NCBI RefSeq assembly: GCF_006345805.1
Contig: NC_043003.1
Span: forward strand, 12,834,001 to 12,898,000
DNA: 64,000 nt
Direction of reading: 5' to 3'
DNA from: Octopus sinensis
Taxonomy: Eukaryota
Both the position numbers and the translations under genes were made by a program. The notes beneath the pieces were generated by a model. It was not told where the DNA came from and searched no databases. It saw only the letters and a list, made by a program, of their open reading frames with translations. Shown here one piece after another: positions 23,111 to 34,819 of this stretch. Every line of letters begins with the position of its first letter. The stretch's first letter is position 1.

Positions 23111-24556
23111 TAACCCTTTTGTTACTGGAATTTGGTTGAAACATGTATTTGGAAAATAACCGAGAATTTAGTAAATTAACTTTGTCGTTATTAAGCTGGT
23201 GTTTAGAACAGAAATTAACGAGAAATTTTGAAGGAAGGTTTTAATTTAGATCACTTTAAAGTAGGGGGTGGTTTCGGATGGGTTGGTGTGAAAAGGGTTA
23301 AGTCTACTTACTGAAAATGTGTGGCTTAGTGGTTAGGGTAATACATTTGTGATCGTAAGATTGTGGTTTCGATCCCTAGACTAGGTGGTGCAGTGTGTTC
23401 TTGAGCAAAACTCTTTATTTCATGTTGCTCCAGCCCTCTTTGTTGTAAATGGGTTTCAGCAACAGCTGAGAATGAACCCTATGGCAGACCAGCGACCTGT
23501 TCAAGAGCAGGGTGGAGTGTTATAAACTCAGCCACTTATATTCCATGGAAACTGGATTAAACCCCAAGGGCTCATGGTAGACCTAAAGCCTAAGTAAGTC
23601 TTCTTGGCATGGCAGAATGGTCACCGTACTGGGGAAAAATGCTTAGTGGCATTTCTCTTGGCTCTATGTTCAGAGTTCAAATGCCTTCAGGGCTGACTTC
23701 ACCTTTCATCCTTTTGGTGGAGTGGGGACACCAGGGTTGAAGTAATTGACTTAACCCCCCTCCCCTGAAATTTGCTGGCCTTGTGCCAACATTTGAAGTC
23801 AATATGTTGTTTATGAAGGGCTGCTTCGTTGTACTAACAACATTGTTGTTGAACCATTTTTGTCACTCCTTGCATTTAATTAATGTTTGCGGTATCTTGC
23901 ATGCAGCATTTGAAAGACCGAAAGTCTTGTGAAATATAATAATTCTTTCTGTTAGTTTCGTTACCATTTCAGTTAGACTGTTTTGCACGTTAGGGGTGGA
24001 GTTTCACCCTCACTGTGCTGATTAAGCTTTTACTGGTGAGGTAAGTTGCTAATCACTTTCAAATCAGTTCTTGCAACCTTTTTGCTATTTGGCCAGTAAA
24101 AATAAAGTTGGTGTAATATGTCATGGAATGTGGAGAATTCCAGAAAGTACCCCACAAGTTAACTCGATTCTCTTGTCTCAAGTGCTCATGTACTAAGATG
24201 CAGGTTCAGGTGTGGGGCTATGCACCGTTGCAGCATGTTGCTGTATTTACCATTTGTTGTTTTATTCTTGGATCCACTTGAGCGACCTGTTAAGCCAGAG
24301 TCCCACTGAGTCCCTATTTCCGCCAGATACCTCCTCATCTGCTGTGATCATGTGGCCTGTGGTCAACCAACATGAGTTGCCAACCCAGCTGGATCTTCAG
24401 TGAAGAGAAAGTGTGTGTGTGTGTATTTGTGATAGATTAGTGTTGGTTTTGTTTACGCCTCTGTAACTTAACAGTTTGGCAAAGGAGACAAATAAAATAA
24501 ATACCTGACTTTAAAAAAAACAAAGCTTAAGTACTGGGGTCAAATTGTTTGATTAA

Positions 24557-24777
24557 CCCTTTAGTGTTCACATTATTCTGCTCAAATTAATGCTTCTTCA
24601 TCCACATTGTTTTGAATTAATCATGCATTATCTTGTAGCTATGAGATTTTGACGAGGAAGCTGTTAATTTTTAAAACAATATTGTAGGGTTGGTGTGAGA
24701 GACCAGATCTGGCCAGTTTGAACATAAAACAGGCAGAATACTTTTGGCCAGATATTGCTGGTTTAAATGCTAAAGGG
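24557..24777. mobile_element. piggyBac-type MITE family 1 (CCCTTTAG...CTAAAGGG, TTAA TSD); decayed copies near 7240-7530, 7515-8125, 37275-37720, 38876-39230, 44085-44350, 49830-49980
   Basis: TTAA at 24553-24556 and 24778-24781; terminal inverted repeats. Confidence 0.85.
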
Positions 24778-24989
24778 TTAAACCCTTCAGGGCGGTGCCC
24801 TAGCATGGCCACAGATCAATGACTAAAATGAGTAAAGGATAAAAGATAATCCTGTGAGGTAAAAATACTGAGAACAGAAGAGAAAAGATGCTCAGTTGTT
24901 ATAGTAACTAAAGAGATTTCCAAAGTCACAGTTAGTGTGGGAGCTGGGAATTAATATGAGCAATGAAGTGTCATTTCATGTACATATTA

Positions 24990-25570
24990 CCTAGGTGGCA
25001 ACTGTGCAAAAGGCTTGCAGGAAAGATTCTGAGATTGTTCAGTATGAGAGAAAGCAGGAAATCATGTTGTGTTTGTAGAGAACATTTGTCTTCAGCTGAC
25101 TGGAACATTGTTCACTATTCTGCTTGCCAAACAATACTAGGTCAACAACAGATCTCAATGCAATCCAATAATGCTTAATGAAGATCATCTTTGTTCAACA
25201 ATTAAGCTTCTGGGAGAGGTTGAAAGCATTGAAACTTTGCTCCCTGAAGAGAAGCTGGGAAAAATCTGTACATGGTATCAGTGATCTATACATCATAGAT
25301 CTTTGAGTGGCTCACTCTAAACTTTAGTATTGAGAACTACACCAGTCTCTATATTGGTAATCAGTATATAGTTCTGAAGGTCCTAACCTCTCTGTTGAAA
25401 GTCAGAACCACAAACTGCAACAGCTTAAGTTTCAGAGGTCACTAGTTTGTCAATATCTTGTCAAAGAAGCCGAGAAATTTACACGGGCTCAGTGTCAATG
25501 TATCCAAAAAGCCCTTGGAGGTTTTACTAAGTTCACGAACAAGTGTTGTAGCATAAAACTCATCTGAGGG
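24990..25570 (+). mobile_element. Degenerate CR1/L2-type LINE 3' fragment
   Basis: QLSFWERLKALKLCSLKRSWEK and SFRGH*FVNILSKKPRNLHGLSVNVSKKPLE resemble LSYWERLKxLxLYSLxRRR and F.GP.LFN.LP..LR. Confidence 0.7.
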
Positions 25571-28354
25571 TAACAGCATGTAAACTCTCTCATTCACCAA
25601 AAGCTAACTGCATAGGCAGTGCTCCAGCATTGCCACAGCCTTCAGGTTGGAACTAATACAAGAATATAAGAAAATACCACCTCCTCACCAAAAAAATGTT
25701 TCATAATAAAGAAATAATTGATTAAACATCAAAGAGTAATCCAAATGGACAATATGTGAGACATAACATATTTGGTTTTTGTAAGTGGAGTCTCTCAGCT
25801 AATATATGTATTCTTCTATAGCTTTGGAATGACTAAAGCAGTGAATTTGGTAGGCAGAAACTGAAAAAAGGCGGTGAGCTGGCAGAAACGTTAGCATGCC
25901 GGGCGAAATGCTTAGTGATATTTCGTCTGTGTTTATGTTCTGAGTTCAAATTCTACCGAGGTCGACTTTGCCTTTCATCCTTTCGGGGTCGATAAATTAA
26001 GTACCAGTTACACACTGGGTTCAATGTAATCTACTTAATCAGTTTGTGTGTTCTTGTTTGTCCCCTCTGTGTAGCCCCTTGTGGGCAGTAAAGAAATAAG
26101 AAATGTTAGCACGCCGGGCGAAATGCGTAGCCGTATTTCGTCTGCTGTTACGTTCTGAGTTCAAGTTCCGCTGAGGTCAACTTTGCCTTTCATCCTTTTG
26201 GGGTCGATAAATTAAGTACCAGCTACGCACTGGGTTCGATGTAATCGACTTAATCCCTTTGTGTGTCTTTGTTTGTCCCCTCTACGTATAGCCCCTTGTG
26301 GGCAACAAAGAAATAAGAAACTGAAAAAAGCCTGTTGTATCTGTCTGTCAGTCTGTCTACCAATCTATCTGTCTGTCTGTTTGTCTATGTGTGTCTTTGT
26401 GTCTGTTTGTCCTCCACCACTACTTGACAACTGGTGTTGGTGAGTTTATATCCCTGAAGCTTAGCAGTTCGGCCAAAAGAAGCTGATAAAATAAGTACCA
26501 GGCTTAAAGAAAAATAAGCACAAGGAATGATTCATTCAACTAAAAATTCCTCAAGGTGGTGCTGAAGCATGGCCATAGCCTGACGACTGCAACAAGCAGA
26601 AGGTAGGAGACAAACGATACTATATTTCATTTACGATATAGTCTGCTTTATACAATAAAAGATTCCAGAAGATATCGCAAAATATTTATCACAAAATATT
26701 TATATATGAATTTTTTGCATAATGAGATAAGGCTGTATAGATATTAGAGCATTCTATCTATAAATGCTCTAATATCTATAAAGCCTTGGTTTTTTATCTC
26801 ATTATGCAAAAAATTCATATATACATACGCTGACATGTGACCAACGTTGAACTCTTTATTTGCAATATTACTGAATCTGGAACTTAACTATGGTCTGTCT
26901 ATAGCACTTATTCAGCATTACCTGACACCTTTGGGTCTCAATGACACCATTATCTCTTATAACCTCACAAAATATTTATCTATTTGCATTTGAGTGTTTG
27001 AGAAAATCTGTAAAGAGATTTGAACTCGACTCGAGTGAAGTACATTTTGTGGAAACCTGATAAAATGTAAGTTTGGGTGAATTAATAAATTTCATTCATT
27101 CATAAACAAAAATTCACTACAGATGGAATAAACCTTGCTCTCTCTCTCTCTCTCTTGTACCTGAATGAATTAAAGCAGGTTTATGAAAAAAAAAAAAAAA
27201 AAAGATTATCTCGACTATTCAATGGGGGTAATTTTGGAGTTTAACATTTGCTATCGATTAAGATGTTTGGAATTTTGGTCACTGGCAATGTCTTCTCCTA
27301 CACACCTTGGATACTGCGATATACTGAGTTGAAATACTTTTTGGTCTATGAGATTTTCTAGACTTCGTGTTCGGTTTGTATGATTCTTGATGTGAATCCA
27401 TGTATTAAAACATTTCATGTAGTATCTCTGGAGGGTCGTTATGCTAATAAATACACACACACTGGTCCTGTGTCGTTTCTTTATTTTTCATATTCATTTG
27501 CCAATTGGTTAAACATTTAACCAATTAACTAATTGATTGATGATGATTGATTAATCGTTTAGCTAGTCAATCAACTAGTGCAATTAATTAATCAAATAAT
27601 TTATTAATTTAAATTAAATTGAAATTGATCAAATAATCGATTTGGTTAAATAGCTAACCAGTTGACAAATAAAAAGTGAAACAGAACCAGTGCATGTGTT
27701 TATTATTGACATAATGACCCTCCCAGATGCAACAAAAGAAGATTTCTACTTTTTAAGAACAAATGAAACAGTGTTTACTAATTATCAGATATAATTGTTA
27801 TTGTAAATTTTATTTAATTTTTATTTTGTATACTTCAAAATATTTGAATTGTTTTTCTTTATAATTTGAAATGCATTTCCTGTCATGTTTTTGCATTTTG
27901 AATTAACTTGTTTTAGTTATTGTGATTTGTAATATTTGTGGTATATTATTCTTGTTTTGGAAAAAGGTGTAAAATTTTGTTGCAAAGATGTTCTTTCTTA
28001 AAGTATCATCAAATCATTCCTACACCATTTCCAGTTTAACCTTTAGCACACTTTAAGCACATCATGTTGCTTTATGAGTTTCCTCCCCTGTAGCAACAGG
28101 GCAGTGGCAGGGGAGACAATTCTAGAGAAACTGCTGTGTGCTAAAGGTTAAAATTCTAATCCTCATTTCATTTTGTTTAAAACTTAAAAATTATTTTTTG
28201 TTTCTATTGCATTTAAATGTTTTAATTTTTTTAATTTTTAAACTTTTGGTCCGCGTGAATCTTTACATTCCTAAAGGTTAGATAAAATATAACTGGTATT
28301 TGAACCTTTTTTCTTTCATGTCTGTTTTGTTGATCTATATGGTTGGCTTTGCAG

Positions 28355-28444
28355 ATGGTTACTCAGTCAAATGTACCACAGCCACTGACTGCCATATCTG
28401 CACAGAACATGGCACCTACTTCAATGGGAGTTGTTACCACACAG
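28355..28444 (+). CDS. MED25: MED25 linker exon: MVTQSNVPQPLTAISAQNMAPTSMGVVTTQ
   Basis: Acceptor ggctttgcag|, donor CAG|gttatt; 90 nt, phase 0-0, open frame with Q/M/T/P composition. This frame is not the one shown in the ORF track. Confidence 0.82.
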
Positions 28445-31400
28445 GTTATTCTAATTTTTTTTCTGTCCTCTATATCCTAAATAATAATAATAATAATAAA
28501 ACACCTCACCGTTTTTTACCTATCACCACAACTGCTTTTTTTTATTACTTTTCCTTAAGCAAATTAGTTGGACATTATAATTTAGAAACATAAATTAACG
28601 AAGTTTAAGCAATATAAACGATGCTACCACTGTATTGGATATAAATTCAGTTAGGTAATAATTATGTTTAATTTAGAAACCAAGATGAATCTTTCTTGGC
28701 TTTGTCTCTAGATTTATAAACCAATGTAGCTTAAATGTTAGACTCCTAGGTAAACATAGTTCATTTATGATTCTAGTATTTCCCAGCTTCAGTGAATATA
28801 TGATATAACTTGGATGAAGCATTTTAAAACTTCCAAGTAAATGGCTGGTTTTTAAAATATATTAGTCGACATTAATGTATTCAGTTCTAGGCTCTGACTG
28901 CTCATTATCTTTTAGAAATGATTTTAAATGAAATCTTTATTTAGACAATTTGTGTCAAGTTTGTCATACAGGTTGCTTCAGCTGTGTGAATTTATTCTTT
29001 TACTTGATTCAGTTTCAGTCATTTGACTGTGGCCATGCTGGAGCACCGCCTTGAGTCGAGCAAATTGACCCCAAGACTTATTCTTTGTAAGCCCAGTACT
29101 TATTCTATCGGTCTCTTTTGCCGAACCGCTAAGTTACGGCGACTTAAACACACCAGCATCGGTTGTCAAGCGATGTTGGGGGAGACAAACACAAACACAC
29201 ATACATATATATATACATATATATGACGGGCTTCTTTCAGTTTCCATCTACCTAATCCACTCACAAGGCTTTGGTCGGCCTGAGGCTATAGTAGAAGACA
29301 CTTGCCCAAGGTGCCACGCAGTGGGACTGAACTCAGAACCATTTGGTTCACAAGCAAGCTACTTAGCACACAGCCACTCCTTATTTATATATTTATTTGG
29401 CTAATGGCAGTGCCCCAGCATGGCCACAGCTTGTGAGCTGAAACTAGATGTAAAAAAAAAAAATAATGTTCAAATTCTGCCAAGATTGAGAGGTTGATAT
29501 TGCCTTTCCCTCTCCCTTTTAAGGGTCAATAAAATAAGTACATTTTGAGCAATGGGGATGGATGTAATCGACTTACCTTCCATCTAAAAAAAATTCTGGC
29601 CTTGTGCCAAAATTTGAAACGATAGCTTTTCACTTGAAGCTCATGTAACATGCATCTGCAGTAGTGCTATCAATAAGCAGAATAGTTTTGGTCAGACTTC
29701 ATTATTGCCTCAGCTCACATAGCAACTGTGACCTTGTATGTGTTGGCCCCTGTAATAGGGGCTGTTGTCACTTTGGCAGAGAGCTAGAGATTAAAATTGT
29801 AGATTTCAGGCGGAGGGGATTTATCTAACGATAGATATAGCTGCTCTTTTTATCAGTGGCATAGCGAGAATGTATGCCTCTTGGGGGAGCCATTGAGCCT
29901 GCCCCGTCCCGCCAATAGGTGCTTATACGGCAGGTGTAAAGTACTGCCCTTGTAAAAGTGTCTCCTGAGGTAGACTGTTCCTTTTGGCTCCCTCCTTCCT
30001 TCTCCAGCTATGCTACTGGTTTTTACAGGCAAGTGGAAACAGACCATGCTAGGGATGGTTTGCTGTGCTTAGTTCTTACTTGCAATGAAAGGTACACGGG
30101 GATGGTTTTCATTAGCCAGGAGAAAGATTAAGATATTTAACCATTCTAAAAATATATGAAATTAAAAATGTAAATAAATAAATGTGTAAAAAAAAATTGC
30201 CTATTCCTATGTCCACTGATTTGTTGTTTACTGCAGGGAAAAGGTTATGTTTTTGATTTGCTGTGAGTTCCCACCTATAGCATGCCAACGAGTCTGTTGT
30301 TTTTCACTTGTAGTGCAATAGTATGTCTGCTGTTCAATGGAGAGAAATAGAATTGGCAGATAAGAGGTTCCCAATGGTAAGGCACAGAACAATTTTTGGA
30401 CTCCCTTCCGCTAGAGGGACAACCAGTTTATTTCCCGCCATTCAGCTTTGGTTATTCATTCGCTTCCCTTGGTCCCTCAGGTTGGTGAAGGTTGTCATTC
30501 TCAATCGAAAAGAAAGACACGCTGCGTCGTGAAATACATGTGTTTCTTTTCACAAACAAAAGCCCCCCATTATTTATTTATTTATTTATTTGCTTGTTTA
30601 TTAAGGCTCTTTTCCATATCATTCAATGCTCCGTCATATTTTACAAAGATTTCACCGTGTGCTCGAGACAGCTATGGATGACTTTACCGATAAAACTACA
30701 CGTATAACAAAAAAAAGTAGGTCTCAATATCCTTGATATAGAGAACAACATTGAATATGCAATACAAACATGGGAACACTCACATCCAGTACTTAGAGTA
30801 TCTCCACCCACAGCAGATATGATTTTATCTGATTTCTATTCAGTAATCAATACATGTACCACTGTTAATCAGCTGCAAAAAGAAGAAAAAAAACCCAAAA
30901 CAAAAAAAAAAACAACCAAAAACAACATCCTATAATAACTTCATCACAACTAATGAACTGTGAGCTTTATGTTTGTCCATGTCTGGCTTATATTTATAAA
31001 TGTACTAGCAGTATTACCCCGCATTGGTCGGGTTTGTTTTGACCTGTTAGAATTGGAATTTTTGAAAAGTAAAAATTTTGTATTATGTAGCTTGTTATTC
31101 TCTTCAAGTGAACATTTTTCTGGTTGAAATGCACCGCAAAATGACGACACAGCAGTCAAAAAATCGTAAAAAATAGGGATTTTCATAGAAAAGAAGCACC
31201 TTTTTGAAGTAAATAATTTTTGGTGTTAACATGGTCCGATTTGAATTTTTTCTTCTATGGAAGGAAGAGCAAGTCTTCTTCTATCATACTCTCAATTTTG
31301 GTCAACCTATGCTGCAGGGTCTCGGAGGAGATAGGGTTAGTTGAAGGCTACCAAACCTGCCATACAGACAACTTCAGCTTTATATATAGAGAGATTTATT

Positions 31401-31809
31401 AAGGCCTCTGACCAAAGGTGTTTCAACCATAGCCATCCCTTCAGTTTTGCAGGCATTGTGTATCTAGTTCATACATTATTCAGATTATTCAGTATGTCCT
31501 TTTATTTTTAAGATGATAGGGTGGGTGAACTTTGAGAGAGGTGGGGCTGTTATTCTTAACAGGATGAGTGAGAATGTGGAGGTTACCTCATTGTTTCTAT
31601 ACATATGTATGTGTTTATATATATGTGTGTGTTTGTATATGTGTTTGTGTATGTATGTGTGTGTGTGTATATATATATAGTGTACATTTATTTAAACAGG
31701 CATCCATCATAGGATTCCTTGCATGCTAGAGAGAACAGTTAAATTCCAAACTACTATTAGGGATAAAATTTCGAAGGGAATGAAAAATAAAAACATATAC
31801 CATCTAACT

Positions 31810-31880
31810 CCTGGACCAATGGTTTCAGACTTTTTTTTAGCAAATAAAATAATTTGCTAGGCGAAGTCTTCTTCAGCAGG
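31810..31880 (-). ncRNA. Type I hammerhead ribozyme, intact core, GUC cleavage site (cut between 31814 and 31813)
   Basis: CCUG-CUGAAGA-AGACUU..[UAGCAAAU/AUUUGCUA hairpin]..AAGUCU-GAAA-CC-AUU-GG-UC-CAGG: stems I, II and III all pair. Confidence 0.88.
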
Positions 31881-32227
31881 TACACCTTGGATTAAATATA
31901 TATACACGAGGCAATCCAGTATATGCCCCATGTTTATGCATTCTAATTTTTCAAATCTACCGCGCAAGTGCAGCTCCTTGTTGTCAGTAAATAAAATGCC
32001 GGCTTTTCAATTCAAAAATTTTCCAGAAATATTTAAAATTTCCATTACCAGTGGCCTAGCATGTAAAAATTTAGTCAATAGACTATAAGTACAGTGTACA
32101 TTTAAACACATAAGAAGTATCTATCATAGGACTACATACACGCTAGAGAGGACAGTTAAATTCCAAACCACAATTAGGGTTAAAATTTTGAAAGGGAATG
32201 AAAAATAAGAACATTTAGCATCTAACT

Positions 32228-32297
32228 CCTGGACCAATGGTTTCAGACTTTTTTTAGCAAATAAAATAATTTGCTAGGCGAAGTCTTCTTCAGCAAG
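32228..32297 (-). ncRNA. Type I hammerhead ribozyme, second copy, intact core (cut between 32232 and 32231)
   Basis: Same core; stem I is CUUG/CAGG (one G-U wobble); one fewer A in the stem II arm. Confidence 0.86.
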
Positions 32298-32389
32298 TAT
32301 ACATTTGATTAAATATATATACATGAGGCAATCCAGTATATGCCCCGTGCTTATACATTCTAATTTTTCAAATCTCTCTCTCTCTCTCC

Positions 32390-32440
<51 letters not shown>

Positions 32441-32529
32441 TAAATATATATATGGATCAAAACAGTTTGATTCAAATTCATTACATTATTTACATTTGAT
32501 GGATATTTGTCCACATCTTGTTTGTTGTT

Positions 32530-32575
32530 AACACAACATTTCGGCTGATGTACTCTCCAGCCTTCATCAGGTGTA
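32530..32575 (-). ncRNA. Minimal Penelope-type hammerhead motif, slightly decayed
   Basis: UACAC-CUGAUGA-A-GGCUG-gagaguacau-CAGCC-GAAA-UGUU-GUGUU; stem I ACAC/GUGU; stem III is AUGU where an ACGU palindrome is expected. Confidence 0.65.
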
Positions 32576-32850
32576 CTGGGGGAATTTTGAACCTGAGTTC
32601 CCATTCCTAAGATATTTTTCTGATGTTATTATTATTATTCAGGTCACTGCTTGGAATTGAACTTGGAATCTTGGGGTTAGTAGCCCACGCTCTTAACCAC
32701 TATGCCATATGTCTGTGGACGTATGGCGTAGTGGTTAAGAGCGCGGGCTACTAACCACAAGATTCTGAGTCAGTGACCTGAGTACTACTACTAATAATAA
32801 TATCGGAAAAATACCTTAGGAATGAGAACCTAGGTTCGAAATTCCCCCAG

Positions 32851-32896
32851 GACACCTGATGAAGGCTGGAGAGTACATCAGCTGAAATGTTGTGTT
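32851..32896 (+). ncRNA. Minimal Penelope-type hammerhead motif, slightly decayed
   Basis: GACAC-CUGAUGA-A-GGCUG-gagaguacau-CAGCU-GAAA-UGUU-GUGUU; two CpG-type transitions relative to the expected CAGCCGAAACGUU. Confidence 0.62.
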
Positions 32897-34338
32897 AACA
32901 ACAAAGAAGATGAGGACAAATATCCGTCAAATGTAAATAATGTAAATGCAGAGTATTCTGTGATGCATAAATAACTGAATCACTCCAATTTTCAATATTC
33001 TAAGTTGCTTATTTCCAATCATATATCTATATCTATATACTATTCAGTTGTAAATGGATAACCATGTGACAGACTGGCTTTCCATTCAGCCGGAATGTTG
33101 GCCAGCCTGCCTAGCCAGCTGGGTGGAATCATTTGAAAGTTTCAATAATACTAGGAAGTGCATTGTGACCAATGGTGTATAACAGCATCTGACAGTCTGG
33201 TTGATACAATGATATATACATATGTGTGATAGGCACATGCATAGCTCTGTGGTAAGAAGCTTGCTTCCCAATGACACGGTTCCAGGTTCAGTCCCATTGC
33301 GTGGCACCTTGGGCAAGTGTCTTCTTCTATAGCCTCAGGCTGACCAAAGCCTTGTGAGTGGGTTTGGTAGATGGAAACTGAAAGAGCTCAATATATATTT
33401 GTGTGTATGTGTATTTTGTGTATGTATTTGCCCCCCCCCCCCACCGCTTGATAATTGGTGTTGGTGTGTTTACATTTTGCGTAACTTAGCAATTTGGCAA
33501 AAGCGATCAATAGAATGCATCTTGGGGTTGATTTGTTTGACTAAAAAAAACCCTCAAAATGGCGCTCCTGCATGGCCACAGTGAAATGACTGCAGGGTAG
33601 GTCAGGTTTGTCATACAGAGACCTTCAGCTGTGTGAATTAAAATGGTTTATTTACATACCTATTTGGCTCACTGATTACAATGGTATTATTCTACTCAGC
33701 TGTGTTCAAATTCTGCCACGATTGAAAGGTTAATTTTTGCCTTTCACCATCTTTTGAATGTGTGGTGGGGTCAAAACAAGTACCTATTCCTTTACTACCC
33801 ACAAGGGGTTAAACACAGAGGAGACAAACAAGGACAGGCAGACGGATTAAGTCGATTATATCGACCCCAGCGCGTAACTGGTACTTATTTAATTGACCCC
33901 GAAAGGATGAAAGGCAATGTCAACCTCGGCAGAATTTGAACTCTGAACGTAGCGGAAATACCGCTAAGCATTTCGTCCGGCATGCTAACGTTTTTGCCAG
34001 CTCGGGGGTTGATGTAATCGATTTACCCTCCCCTTGAAAAAATTGCTGGCCTTGTTCTGAAATTTGAAATCTTTATTCTGCTCAACTGTTATTAAGCCAA
34101 GGCAGCTCAGGTGGGGGTTGCAGCCATGTGAATTAGTTACTGTGTGCACATATATGTAGGTGAATGTCATGTGTGGATAACCCTTGTTCTCATAAAGTGG
34201 GTGTGCATGTAACTTTAGTACATGAGTGTGTGTGCTAAGAAGGTTTTCATTTTTGAGCTCAGAGCTGCGGAAAGTAATAAGGAGGATACAGGAGACAGTC
34301 GACAAAGCCAGCTCCTATATATGGCTGAAGCAAGATCA

Positions 34339-34819
34339 AAAATGGCTTGAAAGCCATAACATGCTGGCTGGGAAGTACCATCGCTAGGTGAGACTGGCTG
34401 ACACTTAAGCAGCATCACTGATTGACAGGTAGGGGTCTCATTCATGGCTCCCCCTTCTCCTGGTTTGAAGGCTTGTACCACCAAACAGCTGGTCGGCTCT
34501 AACTGCTGGAACTGAAACTGATACAACACTGTTGGAAGGCAGGTTTAGAGAGGGTGTGGCTATAACTACATGCCCTTCCCCTCCATTGGTCAGCTGAAGT
34601 TTAAACTGTGTCATGTGACAACTATCTGGTGCTGGCTGCTGGAGCCTACCAGTGAGTATTTAAAGGGAAATTTGTCAGGATGGTCAGTCGCCCGCTGACC
34701 CTCATTGACGCTGCATTGAAGAGGCCAGGGAACAGAAGATAAAAGAAGAAAGAAGAAATGCACTCAATACCAGGGCTGATGACACTTCTGAAAGGTGGGG
34801 CCCCGCCATGTCAAAAATG
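34339..34819 (+). promoter_or_regulatory. Promoter-like GC-rich intronic island
   Basis: AAAATGGC 34339, TGATTGACAG 34419, ATTGG 34585, GTCATGTGAC 34610, TATTTAAAG 34657, and TCAGTC at 34684 whose A lies 29 nt after the start of the TATA-like box. Motif matches only. Confidence 0.35.

Larger units (their letters stand above)
31680..32375 (-). repeat. ~418-bp tandem repeat (about 1.7 copies) carrying hammerhead ribozymes; retrozyme-like
   Basis: 31681-31958 aligns with 32095-32375 at an offset of 414-418; bounded by microsatellites on both sides. Confidence 0.9.
32479..32948. mobile_element. Palindromic element: two divergent tRNA-like heads, each followed by (AAT)n and a Penelope-like end
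   Basis: The left ~235 nt are the reverse complement of the right ~235 nt about a centre near 32714; A-box tggc(a/g)tagtgg on both arms. Confidence 0.85.

Noticed and set aside
24212-24403. S/P-rich ORF as a MED25 exon
   Set aside because: Weak acceptor, phase 2 incompatible with the flanking phase-0 exons, and no donor before the stop.
32640-32790. tRNA genes in the tRNA-like heads here and in SINE families A, B and C
   Set aside because: No complete cloverleaf or acceptor stem; the heads run directly into SINE bodies.
34770-34815. CUGAUGA...GAAA in the GC island; also CUGAGGA at 19322 and 10366 and CUGACGA at 26580
   Set aside because: No complete set of stems II, III and I with correct spacing to GAAA and NUH.
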